A DNA stretch of 64,000 nucleotides. Origin: Octopus vulgaris (Eukaryota). A program made the position numbers and the translations under genes. The notes below the pieces were generated by a model. That model made no database searches. It was given only the letters and a program-made list of their open reading frames with translations, and had not been told where the DNA came from. Positions 27,817 to 41,889 of the stretch are shown in pieces. The stretch spans positions 49,352,001 to 49,416,000 of the forward strand of contig OX597836.1 of NCBI GenBank assembly GCA_951406725.2, written 5' to 3'. Numbering within the stretch: the first letter of the stretch is position 1; each line of letters begins with the position of its first letter.

Positions 27817-28773
27817 GTAAGCATATATGTATTATATATATGCAGTATATATGTGTGTGACATATATATAGATATAAATATATATATGTATATGTTACAT
27901 TTATATATGTGTATATATATATGTATACATATATATATTTATATATATGTGTGTGTGTGTGTAATATATACATATATATATATCAAATATATATATTGAA
28001 TATATATATGTATACATACATATATATATATGTGTGTGTGTGTAACAAATATATATATATTATATATCTATATCTATATATATATGTAATATATATATAT
28101 ATACTTATCTATGTTACATATATATACTTGTATATGTAACATATGTATATGTGTAATATATAATATAAAAGATTCCTTCGGTCAAGATTTTGCAGAAAAT
28201 TTAACAAAATTTTTCATTTTCGAAGACAAATCCCAGAAAAAAAATAATGTGTAAGAAATATAAGATTATACATTAAATAAAAAAAAAACAGAGAAAATAA
28301 TAAACAAAAAAATCTAATTCCAAAGAATGGCATAAAAATAATATAAAAATAATATAAAAATAATATAAAAATAATATTAGAAATAATATAAAAATAATAA
28401 AAATAATAAAAATAATATAAAAACAACAGAGCAAATGTAATAAAGAAACATGAATTTTACAAATCTAATAGCAGATAAACAAAATGAAATCCAATAACAT
28501 TGCTTGTTAAAAAAGTTGATAGATCAGACGATGACACAGTGGCAGCAAATAGTTTTCTAATGTGAATCTCAAAAACTTCATTCTGTTACCATTTTGTTTT
28601 TTTGCTTCTTTTTTTATGTGTCTTTATTTTGTCACTTTTTGATGTTTGTATCATGATTTCTCTCTCTAATTGAAAGAGTATCTCATTCAAGGCAATATTT
28701 TAATAGAAAGTCAGCTAAGTTGTACAGCATTGTTAACGAGAGGCACTAACAGCAAAAAAAGATTAGAAAGAAA

Positions 28774-29000
<227 letters not shown>

Positions 29001-29168
29001 TGCATGTCATACAAAACAGCACTGCTAGGCACTTCACATATTCAATTTAGTGTGCTTTCAATACAATCAAAGTAACAGAACTGTAACAAAATTTTGCTCA
29101 TACCCAAGGTACACAGAGCTGCATTCAGTGATTCTGTGAGAAAAGGCAATAAAAATAAGGCTTCAGAA
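29001..29168 (+). mobile_element. R4/Dong 3' stub flanked by (AAT)n
   Basis: Encodes degenerate TALLGTSHI..VLSIQ, compared with IALLGTAHILRRTLSIQ in the 54337 ORF, then the acccaaggtacacagagctgca 3' UTR motif. Confidence 0.75.
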
Positions 29169-29215
29169 TAATAATCATAAAAATAATGATGATGATGAGG
29201 ATAATGATAATAATA

Positions 29216-29303
<88 letters not shown>

Positions 29304-30277
29304 GCATCCAGCTGTAAAATAATGCTTCAATAATACATTCATCTAACCCATGCCAGCATAGAAAAACAGACGTAAAATTACTGCAATTAATATCAATATA
29401 AGGATAATGGAGAGAAAGAAATGATGAAAATGCAAAATAGGTGGTTTATAAACATGTATGTTTCTTCTTGAATTTTTGAGTTCAAACTCAACTGAGGCTG
29501 ACTTGACTTCTCATCTCCCCAGGGTCAAAAATAAAAATAGGTTCTAGACAAGTACAAGATAATGAATGACTTAATTAAATTACCAGCTTGTGCCCCACTC
29601 CACCTGACCACCCAATATTATGCTCTGCTGATCCTTGTTGGATGGAAATCCTAAATAATTCCAAATATTAGCTTCTATTTGATATTTATTTTATTTTTTT
29701 ATTTCCATGTTTCCAATATTCAAATTATTGTTTGTATTTTTGCTGTAATTTTCCTTTTAAGAAATATTTTTTAAAAAATGGAAAACAAAAAAAAAAATAG
29801 TTTAAAAATTTTTTTAATTCAAACAGAAATTTATTGTTTAATTTGATTCTTTTAAATCAATTAAATTTTAATATTTAAATTTTTAGGTGCAATATTTTGT
29901 CAAAGGCAGATGAGGGTGGGGTAGGGGCAGTTCATTGAATTAAGTTTTGTGCAAGTACATCATCATCATCATCATTGGCATTATCATTGTTGCTATCACC
30001 ACCACTAACACTAATTATTATCATCATTCTTTCTTTTCTTTTTATTATTTTGTTTCCACCGAGAAGGTGGCAGTTTGTAGAATTGCTAGTCCAATGGACA
30101 TAGTGTACCGTAGTATTTAGTTGTATCCGTTTACATTCTGAGTTCAAATCCTGCTGATGCTAATTTTGTCTTTAATCCTTCTATGGTTGATTTTTAAAGT
30201 ACCAGTCAAGTAATGAAAGTAACATACTTGTTTTGTATTTGATTTTTTAGAAATTATTATCATTATTATTATTACTT

Positions 30278-30872
30278 TTTCTTTATTGGAGGTTTTGTTG
30301 GAGACCCTAGAGTCTTGCATGCATAGCAGGCTTACTACCTGCAGCCTATGGTACCATGCTATCCATTCTTTTCAGCTATCTGGTACTTTCTTGATTATTC
30401 TGGGCCCTCTATTCCCCTAGATGCCTTCTGATACTGGTCCCAAGGATCCAATAATAATTGGCACTATCTTCACTTTCCATAGCCAGGCTATTTCGTACTT
30501 AAGAGGGTTGTATTTATTTTTTCCTCTTCCTTCTTGACTATTCATGGGCCAAAGGGACATGCAACGTCAAATATATAGCATATGTGGTGCACCTTGTCCA
30601 CCCCCACCCCCAGGTCTGGTCTGTTATGCTCTAGCACCTGATCTGTTTGGATTGGGGAATCCCAGAGGATTTTGCTAGTCTCCAACTCCGACACTCTCTT
30701 TGGTTTGTGTTCATACTACATCTTGTCTCTCTCTAGCCCCACTTTTTGCTAGTCTCCAACTCCGACACTCTCTTTGGTTTGTGCTCATACTACATCTTGC
30801 CTCTCCCTTACCCCCCACTTTTTGCACAGTTTCCAATGTAGCACTTTCACTACCTAATTGTGTCGCCACAAC
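30278..30872 (-). pseudogene. R4/Dong REL-endonuclease fragment, decayed, with a ~62-bp internal duplication
   Basis: Minus strand reads KILWDSPIQTDQVLEHNRPDL...IFDVACP...KY..LKYEIAWLWKVKIVPIIIGSLG; 3' end aataaag abuts (TAA)n. Confidence 0.8.
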
Positions 30873-31659
30873 TTTTAGTGGTTTTAGGCGAGTCTAGGAC
30901 TATATAAGTTAAGATAAAATATTCACAGAAAGTTTTCACTGAGATCCCTTTAAAAAATGAAGTTCAGCTCTGAGATTAAAGGCCAGTCTCAAAGGAATTG
31001 GCATCAAAAGGCTTCATCAGTTTACCTTTGCTTTTTCTGAATAGTTTTCCTACTCCTACCATGGTTACTTTGTATTAGTTTTTTAACTTTTATTTATATA
31101 TATAAAAGCCCGTTCTTTTTGTGTATGGGTTGGACATATCTCGTCCATGTCAGCTTTGGTATGATGTTGAGAGTTTCCTGGTCTTCATGTCTAAACTCTT
31201 CAACTCATTTAAATTTCAGTTAATTATGTTGAATTTATGGTTTGTGTATTTCCATTTAGGAATCTGTTGTAGAGAACACTAAACATTGTCTTAAAGCCAC
31301 CATTTTAATACTGAGACCCGTTAGCAACAGGAACTTTCTCCCCCTCTCGTGCACAAACACACAATCTCTTTATCTGTCTCTCCCTTTCTCTGTGTCTATC
31401 TTAATCATACACACGTGTCCATACTTCCTATCTTACTCTTTCACACACACACTCTCTCTCTTTCTCTCTCTCTCTCTCTTACCATTTCACTTACTGTAAA
31501 TATGTATGTATGTGCATATGTATATAGTTCTGTTTTTATTTTCATATTTATGTAAGCATGTAAGTATGTGTAAGTATATTTGTTTGTATTTATAATATAT
31601 GTATGTATATGAATGTGTGTGTGTGTGTGTGTACTGTGTATTTTCAGTGGTTGATTTTG

Positions 31660-32030
31660 CAAGGCTGAGCGACACACTTGTCAACAAACTTTGCTTTCTG
31701 TCCCATCTGCTTCACACTCAAATGGAAGCAACTGGGATGTTTTTACATCCCAGAAGTTCTTCATCCCCTTCGCATAACCAATTAAAGAACTTTCCCCAGT
31801 CTTTGTGCAGAATTGCTACATATCTTGATTCAATTCAAAGAATCCACAAGAGCCCCACTCGGCCCTTTTGGGGTCTACAATAGCTGATTCGGTTTTTTTG
31901 TGTTGTCACGGGATATGTTGCAGCATTTCCCCGCCATATTATTTCATTAATTACATCACTTCATTACTGGTATAGTTTTCTCTAGACAAATATTTTTTTG
32001 CATCTAACAAATTAGGATAACCGATTCCAT
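31660..32030 (-). pseudogene. Possible heavily decayed L1/Tx1-type ORF2 fragment
   Basis: Minus strand INEIIWRG...P(QK)G.VGL resembles the post-RT F.W.G...P...GGLG motif; frame broken. Confidence 0.3.
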
Positions 32031-32281
32031 TTTATCCATGCTTGTATCTCTAACGGAAGTGTTGCTGGGCACCGATGTAACTTTGACTCTGCATATGTAC
32101 ATATGTTAGGAAGCACCACACATATGGCTAGGTATGGGACTAGTTGTGCATCATTATGTGTGCATATGTGTAAATATATGTCTATATCATATTCAATACT
32201 TTCAACCACTTCACCAAACCAAAGTGATATCAGTAAATGCCAACAGGCAACATGGATTTCCTTAAGAAGACATTTCTTCTT

Positions 32282-32359
<78 letters not shown>

Positions 32360-32361
<2 letters not shown>

Positions 32362-32725
32362 AGACAGTAAGCTGGCAGAGTCATTCCTGCAATGAAGAAA
32401 ATGCCTGGCAGCATTTTGTCCATCTTTATGCTTTGAGTTCAAACTCAGTCAAGGCCGATTGTATCTTTCATCCTTTTAGGGTCGATGGAATAAGTACCAA
32501 TAGAGCTCTAGAGTCAATGGAATCGACTTTCAGGCCTTCTGCCGACAGCAGGAAGAAGAATCTGAAACCATTATTATCATTATTTGATGGAAACTCTCAA
32601 CTTATGTTGCTGGGTGTGGATGGAAAGTGTCTTCTGGCCACAGCCAGCAGATTAAGGGGACACTTGTTTACTGGTCATGCTTCAAGAACCCTGCCAAGAA
32701 TTCTTTCAGTTCCAAACAATGCTGA

Positions 32726-32756
<31 letters not shown>

Positions 32757-32757
32757 A

Positions 32758-32793
<36 letters not shown>

Positions 32794-33071
32794 GAATGCA
32801 GTGAGCATTAGCACAGTGGACAAAGGTGTTTGGCAGTATTTCTCCCAGCACTTTCTTTCTGAGTTCAAACTCCACTGAGGTCGACTTTGCTTTTCATTGT
32901 TTCGTAGGGGGGTTGCAATAAAATACAGTGCCAGTCAAGAAATGGGATCAAGGAAATTAGACTTCTTCCCTGAAAATTGCTGGCCTTGTGCCAAAATATG
33001 AAACACTTATCCTTCTTCTTCTTCTTCTCATTATTATTATTATCATTATTATCATCATCATCATCATCATC

Positions 33072-33131
<60 letters not shown>

Positions 33132-33570
33132 TCAAGGGCAGAATTGGCATTAGAACTTTGGACAAGAAGCTTTTGTAGCATTTCTTTCAGTTTTACATTT
33201 TGAGTTCAAAATCCTTTCAGGGTTGATAAATTAAGTATCAGTTGAATACTGGGATCGATGTGATCGACTTCTCCCTCCCCACCAAAAATTGCTGGCTTTG
33301 GGCCAAAAATTAGAAGGAATTATTATTATTATTATTATTAAGCTGGCCAGAATCGTTAGCACGCTGGGCGAAATGCTTAGCGGTATTTCTCCCATTGCAA
33401 CGTTCTGAGTTCAAATTCCGCCAAGGTCGACTTTGCCTTTCATGCTTTCGGAATCGATAAATTAAGTACCAGTTGAGCTCTGGGGTCGATGTAATTGACT
33501 ATACTCCTCCCCTAAATCTCAGGCCATGTACTTTCAATAGAAAGGATTATTATTATTATTATTATTATTG
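32360..33570 (+). mobile_element. Array of four S1 SINEs separated by (TTA)n
   Basis: Copies near 32360, 32800, 33133 and 33340; the last retains its CpGs (aatcgttagcacgctgggcg...ttccgccaaggtcgac). Confidence 0.8.
32585..32730 (-). mobile_element. R4/Dong 3' stub in (TTA)n
   Basis: Minus strand KSALFGTERILGRVLEA* resembles the Dong C-terminal K.ALLGTA.ILRR.L motif. Confidence 0.65.
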
Positions 33571-33795
33571 AATGGAGGGAAATGGTAGTCATGTTAAATT
33601 CTTGTCTGAGTAGTGGAAAGAAGCTTCCTGAATAAACGCCACAACATCCCAATTTGTCTAAACCTGCAACCTTGATACTTGGCAAACATTTTCGGTCATT
33701 ATGGTTGTTGATGTTGTTGTTGTTATTGTTTCTCTTTACTAATTTTTGTTTGTTTTAATTTTTATCTGTTTATTTTCTGTGGTGTATGGTGTGTA

Positions 33796-33828
<33 letters not shown>

Positions 33829-33992
33829 GGGTGAAGGAGAGAAAGAAGTGAACAGTGAGATGGAGAACGATGGACAAATTTCTTCTTTTTATCTTTTCAT
33901 GAAATGTGAATTATACGGTATCTGTCTTGTATTGTTATCATTTTCTTCTCTCATGTTATCAAAAAAAAAAAAAAAAAAAAAATTGTCGCTGC

Positions 33993-34025
33993 TGTACGTA
34001 CATGGATGCAAATTTTGTGACGTCA
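33993..34025. promoter_or_regulatory. Candidate regulatory cluster: octamer ATGCAAAT (34006-34013) and CRE TGACGTCA (34018-34025)
   Basis: Two exact consensus motifs 4 bp apart, plus the palindrome tgtacgtaca, in non-repeat sequence. Confidence 0.35.
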
Positions 34026-34407
34026 TGTGTTCAAATTGCACTCCCGGAATATTTAAAAATTTCTCCCCCTAAAAAAAATATTAAAAAAAATTAAATATAT
34101 ATCAAACAAAATTTTTTAAACTGGCTTTTTTTTTTACAAAAATGAAAAAACAAAATGATATGAAATTTTTTAAAAAATTGAATAAATTATTATAATTAAC
34201 AAGAAAAACATTGAAACAAATAATTGCGAAAAAAAAAAAACAACGTACAGAAAAAAAGAATTTTAAAAAACCAAATATCTTCGGACAAAAAATATAAAAT
34301 TTCAGACCCACCTCCCCGTAAAAATGCAAAAAAAAATAAAACATAAAAATAATGAAAAACTAAGACATCATTGACCCCTAATCAGTGAGTGAATGTATGT
34401 ATGTATC

Positions 34408-34442
<35 letters not shown>

Positions 34443-34490
34443 TATGTTTATGTGTATGTATATATGTATACGTATATATATGTATATATT

Positions 34491-34531
<41 letters not shown>

Positions 34532-35190
34532 AACTGTAGTAATAAATATTAGTGATATAACAATGAAAATAAAATGACAACGGTTTGTGTATGGCATATG
34601 CCAGCATTTAGACATTTTTTTGGGGGGGATGTTTCGAGACTCCATCTTGAATGAATATACGAAATTTGTATTTAGAGAACAATCTCAATTGATAAAATTG
34701 CTCCAGAATCATGGCATTTATTTATTTAACTGATTGTCTCATCCAATTTATATTTGTGGAATGAAACAAGAACAACAAAACATGTTGAAAATGAAAAAAA
34801 GAAACATTGAAAACAAATGATTGCATAATTTTCCTTCCATAAAAAATATTAAATGTTTTTGTTTTTGTTATTCATGGCGTGTATTTTGGCGATTTTTTTC
34901 CTTGCTTACCATTCATAAGTATATACATACATACATACATACATACATAGACACACACACATACACACATATAGATATATATATACACATATTCATATAG
35001 TTAAATATATATGTGCGTTTATATATATATATTTATATATAAGTACATATATGTATGTAGGCGTGTATACATATATATGTATGTATATCCATATATACAT
35101 ATTCTACATTATAATATATATTATACACACACATATCTATATATATATGTATATGCATATACATACAGTCAGATACATACATATATACAT

Positions 35191-35238
<48 letters not shown>

Positions 35239-35719
35239 CATATGGTATGTACATAATACATATGTTCAAATAGAAGTATAACTTACACACACACACACAT
35301 ACATATATATACATACACACATATATATGTATACATAGATGCACACATACACACATATATATGTGTACATTCATACATGCACGCACATTTTGTTTGTTTA
35401 TAAATTCATGTTAAATATTTTGTCAAAGTATTTCTTCTCTGTGGAGTAAAATAAATAAAATAAAATAAAATGTTTCAAAGAAGTAAAAAAAAACACAACT
35501 CTTTAAAATATAAACCAAATAATAAAAATGTGGAAAAAAAAACCATCTTTTCATCATATAAACGCTAAATAAACGGGTATTCACTTGAACAAGGATGTTT
35601 GTTGTGTTTTCGTTTTTTTTTGTGTGTTTTTGTTTTTTACATTCCTTTAATTTTTATTATTCTGACAATGTTTGGACACCATCAAAATATATGGTCAATT
35701 ATATGTATCTTATATGTAT

Positions 35720-35755
<36 letters not shown>

Positions 35756-35756
<1 letters not shown>

Positions 35757-36261
35757 TAGCAGTATCGCCCGGCGTTGCTCGGATTTGTAAGGGAAATAAC
35801 TATATAAGCATTTTTAGAGAGTTACTTCCCTTATAAATTCGGGCTTTCTTAGCCATTTTTGTTTTGGTGTCTTCAAGCCATGAAGTCGTTGTTCTAAAAG
35901 AACGCTGGTTTCCTTCACAACGCATTACGACGTTGATTTCTTTACACTCCCTTCCCCACAGCTTCACGAGGGAGGGAAGGGGGAGAAGCAAACAGGTGCA
36001 GCTGTGAGCGTGGACGCCAACTCCGCCGCCATCGACATACGATGCATTTTATGCATTAAAATGGAATAAAAAATGATGTTAAATTATTTTTAAAATCGTA
36101 GACTCATCGTTGACGCGCGCTAATAGTCAGACGGGCTCGATATGAATCACGACTATAAGATACCCGAATTTGGTTAAACTGCACCGCAAAATGTGGGAGG
36201 AGTTAGGAATCTAAATCGAAGGGGACAGACACTCACACAACTAGAGTTTTATATATATAGA
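35756..36261 (-). mobile_element. Non-autonomous Helitron, 506 bp
   Basis: Minus strand A|TCTATATATATAAAACTC...ccgagcaacgccggg hairpin..CTAG|T: 5'-TC, 3'-CTAG, subterminal hairpin, A/T target, no TSD. Confidence 0.85.
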
Positions 36262-36266
36262 TATGT

Positions 36267-36640
36267 AACCAACCACATGGTTCTGGGTTCAGTCCCACTG
36301 CGTGGCATCTTGGGTAAGTGTCTTCTGCTATAGCCCTGGGCCGACCAATGCCTTGTGAGTGGATTTGGTAGACGGAAACTGAAAGAAGCCTGTTGTATAT
36401 ATGTATATATGTATATATATGTGTGTGTGTGTGTGTGTACGTGTTTGTCCCCCTAGCATTGCTTGACAACCGATGCTGGTGTGTTAACGTCCCCGTAACC
36501 TAGCGGTTCGGCAAAAGAGACCGATAGAATAAGTACTGGGCTTACAAAGAATAAGTCCCGGGGTCGATTTGCTCGACTAAAGGCGGTGCTTCAGCATGGC
36601 CGCAGTCAAATGACTGAAACAAGTAAAAGAGTAAAAGAAT
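36267..36640 (+). mobile_element. S2 tRNA-derived SINE with internal (TA)/(GT) microsatellite
   Basis: B-box ggttcagtccc, cttgggtaagtgtcttct body, 3' end cagcatggccgcagtcaaatgactgaaacaagtaaaagagtaaaaga. Confidence 0.8.
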
Positions 36641-36691
36641 ATATGTATGTATGAATATATATATATATACACATATACATACATACCCCCC

Positions 36692-36785
<94 letters not shown>

Positions 36786-37172
36786 GGGTTTAATTCATTG
36801 AGTAAGTCCTATGGTTTGTTGACCGTTAAGTTCCAAAGTCATACAAATCCAGGCGGTATTTTGGATGAGGTATTCATATTGTAAATGTGTATAGAGAGCG
36901 AGAACATAAGATAGGCACAGATGTGTTTTGTGACTGGGTGTGTATAGGAGAGAGAGGGGGGAGAAAGAGAGAGAGAGGAGAAAGGAATGGAAATAAGATA
37001 GGGGTAGAAGGGTAAGAATAAGGATAAAAATAAAATAAAAGTAAAAGGTAACACATACATAAACATACACACATACAGACACCCATAAGCACATATATAT
37101 ATATATACATGCATACATACATACATACATACATACATACATACATACATACATACATACATACATACATAC

Positions 37173-40100
37173 ATTTTATTTATGGCTGCCCCCTCGTTAT
37201 CGAGTATGGCCATTGCACGACGCTTAACTGTTACTGGTGCTGTGATCGAATGTGACTTTTTAGCCCAGCTAAAGGTACAAAATTGACAACTAAAACCTTT
37301 ACCGGTAATAGCTGGCTGTAGTTGTAACTGGGCTTCTAGTACCTTTGCATGTCGTTTAAGTCCTCCTGCCGAATTACACTCTCTTCTACATGCCCGACAG
37401 ATATGATTAGTATGGTGTGTTACACCACCACCAGTGGCCAGGTTGTCACTCATCTGTCTCGTTTTATGACTACGAAGATGACTCATGAGTCCAGCTTTAC
37501 TGAGGCAGGGTCTTGCACAGACATTGCATGTCAGAATCAAAGGAAGACCCTTCCCTTCTGGAAGTGTAACAGCGATGCCCTTACTGACATCCCTCCTTAC
37601 TTTCTCATGTTCAACTCGAGATTTCTCAACCGTGGCTGTCCCCTCATGAACAATCCTTCTCCACCTGCTACGATCAATAGCTATGTCTTCCCATGTGTCA
37701 GGAGAGATGCAAGCATCTCTTAAGGAAGCCTTCAGCAAGTCCTTATACCTCTTTTTTGGTTTATGTGGAGGTCGTTCTCCTTTGGCCATAAAAGAGTTGT
37801 TTTGGCAACCTTGAATCCTTCATTCTGACCAGATGACCACTCCATCTGAAGAGCTTCTATACTTTAACACCGAGAGCCTTCGAGTATTTCAAGATCACTG
37901 ATGCGGTCCTTCCACTTAATGCTATAGATCCGTCTGAGGCACATCTGATGGAAACGTTCCAGTTGTTTAAGGTGGTATCGATATGTGACGCACGTCTCGC
38001 AGGCATAGAGAAGAGAAGGGAGCACACATGCCTTGTACACCTTTATCTTTGTCTTTCTGCATATATCTCGCCGACTCCAGAGGCGCTTTTCTAGCCTTCC
38101 GAAAGCAACATTTGCTTTCCTAATTCTATATGGAATTTCATCATCCACATTGCCATATCTATTAATAGTACTTCCCAGGTAGACAAACTGATCAACTACA
38201 TCAAGTCGTTTACTATACATATAGATATTTGGTACACTATACTGCTTACCAGGGGCAGGTTGATGCATGACAACAGTTTTCTTGAGATTGACTGTCAATC
38301 CTAAGGCAGTGCAAGCATCAGAGAATGCATTCAAAATGTATTGCATATCAATCTCTGTGTGTGCTACTAGCTCACAATCATCAGCATACAAAAGGTCTCT
38401 TATGATAGAGGTAAATATCTTTGTTTTTGCAGCAAGACGCCTGATATTAGGTATGCTGCCAGAGGTTTGATAATGGATGTAAACACCGTATCTGCAGTTT
38501 CTGAATGCAATACAGAACACCATCGCGAAATATATGGAAAATAGGATCGGTGCCAGAATATCGCCCTGTTTCACTCCATTTTGTATTGAAATGGGCTCCG
38601 ACATCTTCCCTCTAACATTCATCCTACTATTCAAGTCTTCATGAAAAGACCTAACCAAAGCAAGGAACTTTTCAGGACACCCAAGTTTCTGGAGGACTTT
38701 CCACAATGCTTTTCTATTGACGGTATCAAAGGCTTTTGTCAGATCGGCAAACACCTGATACAAATCCAGACCCTGTTCCACACTCTTTTCCTGAAGCTGT
38801 CTAGCTGAAAAGATCATATCAGCAGTGCCACATCCCACATGAAAGCCAGATTGACTTTCTGGAAGAACACAATCTGCAATGTATTTCAGCAGACGATCCA
38901 GAAGTATCCTGCATAAAACCTTTCCTACAGCAGACAGCAATGATACTCCCCTATAATTACCTCAATCATTCCTGTTGCCCTTTCACTTATACAGGACCAC
39001 CATCACTGCATTTCTCTGGTCCTCAGGTACAAATTCACTAGTCCATATCTTACCAAACAAAGAGTGAAGTTTCTGCAGAAGTTTCTCACCACCATACTGT
39101 AACAACTCCGCATGTATGCCATCCATACCCGGAGACTTCCCATTATTCAACCTTGAGACAGCCATTGCAACTTCTTCAAACTTTGGTGGTTCTGCGAGTG
39201 CTGCCTTCACAGGTAATCCAGGGATGAGATTGAGAACATTCTCACTAACTACAGACTGCTGATTCAAAAGTTCATCAAAGTGTTCTTGCCACCTTCGCAG
39301 AATTCCTTGTGAATCACGAAGAAGTTCTTTACCATCCCTGCTTCGAAGTGGTGTCAACAGGGAAGATGTCGGTCCATAAACTTCTCGCAAGAGACCATAC
39401 AACAGCTTTGTGTTATTGGAATCTGATGCCGCCTGTATCTCATCAGCCTTCTTACTCCGCCACGTATCCCTCATCTGAGAGAGCCTTTGCCTCACACGTG
39501 ATTTTACGTCTTCGAATTCCCTATGCAACACTTCCCTTTCCTGTGACTTTGCTGACAAATAGCGTGACAAAGTACGTCTTTTATCAGCCAATAAATCATC
39601 TTTATGTTCATCATTTTCTTTGAACCAATCTTGATGCTTTCTTTGTATCAATCCCAGAACTTTCTTGCCTATATCATAAATTGACTTTTTAAGGGTCGGC
39701 CAATCCTCCCCAATATCTGCAGCATTCATTTCCTCTCGTAAAGTTCTCTTCACACTATTATACCTAAGACGATCAACATTCAGTCTTTTAGGCAGGGTCA
39801 TCCCTGCAGCTCGGATTTTATGTTTTGTGACTAATTTCACTTTTGCACGTACTAGGAGGTGGTCAGTCCAACACTCAGCTCCACGAAGAACACGAACACA
39901 CTGCACATCCTGTCTGTCACGCACCCTAACTAGGATGTAATCCAGAATATGCCATTCTTTAGATGCAGGGTGCATCCATGTAGTCTTAAGCTTATTCTTT
40001 TGTTGAAACATGGTATTGGTAACACACAGACTTAGCTCCTCACACATCTGCAACAAAAGCATGCCATTACTATTACACTTCCCCACCCCATGCTTTCCAA

Positions 40101-41388
40101 TTACAGTCCATGTGTTAAAATCCCTACCCACTCTAGCATTAAAGTCACCTAGTAGGATGACTTGGTCTGCCCGAGGGATATTTCTTATAATGCCCTTCAA
40201 AGCATGGTAGAAAGAAAGTTGTTCGTCATCAGTATAGCACATAGTTGGAGCATACACACTCACCAAGGTCAAATAATTTCCTTTAGCCAAAGGAATTCTC
40301 ATGGACATAAGACGCTCATTAATTCCGACTGGGAATTCTTCAAACTTGTCCACAAGAGTAGTCTTAACAGCAAATGCCACTCCAGCTTCTCCTCTAAGCT
40401 TTTCATCTCTCCCTTTCCAAAAGAATGTATATTTTCCACAAGATTCTGTAAGATGACCATCTCCAGGTAATCTCGTCTCAGATAAAGCAACGATGTCAAG
40501 ATCATAGCGATGAAGCTCCTTCGCAACAAGCGCAGTCCTTCTTTCAGGACATTCAGAGGACTTGTGGTCAAGCAGTATCCGTACATTCCAACAGCCAATA
40601 TTCATTAATTTCTTTGGTTCTATCACAGTAGCATGATGACGGCCGGGTTCAGCTTGTGACGCTCTGGAGCCCCTGCCGGGCCAGACTCTTTCAGCTAATG
40701 TGGTTCCAGAGTCCTTACTGCCATTTATTTTTATACTGTTTTGGTACATCATTGATTTTTGCTTTTTAAGGCTACGGTCAGCCATTCATTTGAGACTCAC
40801 AGCACTATCAACAATCATGAATTAGTTAATCACTTTAATCAATCCAATGTAGTTATCGTGCAATACCTGTGCAAAAATATTTTTTTTTAAGTGAGGAAAG
40901 ACTGTGCACTGAGTCAATCCCACTCACTAAGCAACAGCAACCATAATCCGAAAAGAAGAACAAGTCAACATCATCGGTAACCACTGAGCCGCAGGTTTTA
41001 TGTCGGAGTTATCCCAGTTACCTGAGTTACTTTCTCCTAGAAGGATACCCTAACAAAGGCTAAGAGTCCTTCACTCCCAATGGTTTAACCGCGCGTTCGG
41101 GTATTCAGTCCGATTATTTCTATGTCCCCGCGCATGATACAGCCTTAAGCCTTAAGGGAAAAAAAAAAGAAAAGAAAGAAAAAAAACATTTATTGGATGG
41201 CCGTTGACTCTCAAGAGTTCCTCCGTCCTTTGACGGGTTTTGTTTTTCATCCCGCAGGGTGTCCAATAAACACCCTCCTCACCAAGCAAGCTTGGTGGGG
41301 TTACCGGTTTAGTCGCCGACGACCCGACCATGCAACAGGTTGTACTGGGTTACATGTTACCAGTAGCACTCGAAAGTGCCCTGACATA
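37173..41388 (-). mobile_element. Near-full-length RTE-clade (BovB-like) LINE, inactivated
   Basis: Single APE-RT ORF, ~600-bp 5' UTR with a ctcttagcctttgttagggtatccttctaggagaaag motif, very short 3' UTR running into (TATG)n. Confidence 0.9.
37200..40785 (-). pseudogene. RTE APE endonuclease-reverse transcriptase polyprotein, disrupted
   Basis: IGCWNVR, ALSETR, LGDFNARVG, LDYILV, TDH, DLTKAFDTV, GVKQGD, LLYADD, C-terminal CxxC..H...H. Two in-frame TGA near 38985 and 38965, plus a stop/deletion near 37864. Confidence 0.92.
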
Positions 41389-41853
41389 CAAAAAAATACA
41401 GTTATATGTACAATCAAAAGATGTAAGGAAACAATGGTTGGTGAAGAAGAAAGTATGATTTAAATTCGCTTTGTGTATATATTTGTGTGCGGTGCGTGCT
41501 GATATATAAAACTGTGTGTATGGGTTTTCTAGAAAAAACTGTGTGTATGGTTTTTCTAGAATTCGGGATGTACTTTCAGATATCTTTACGAAGTAGAATG
41601 TCGTGTTTTCGATCTTGGTTGCTACACATGGTAACACAGATTTACGACAAGGAGACACATTTATTCTCTTTTTGTAGAATCATTAAAGGTACTGTTACAA
41701 TATCCAAGGAATGTATGTATATATATATATATATACAGATACTTATCTAGTTTTTCCAAAGAGATGGGTATTTCCGAGGCAGTGGAAGATTTTGAACTTC
41801 TTTTCAAGTTAAAGTGATACCTACATACATACATACATACATACATACATACA

Positions 41854-41885
<32 letters not shown>

Positions 41886-41889
41886 GAGA

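Noticed and set aside
41195-41245. HDV-like ribozyme on the plus strand (ggccgtt...ttcctccg)
   Set aside because: P1 has a mismatch, P2/P4 do not thread, and it would be antisense to the RTE.
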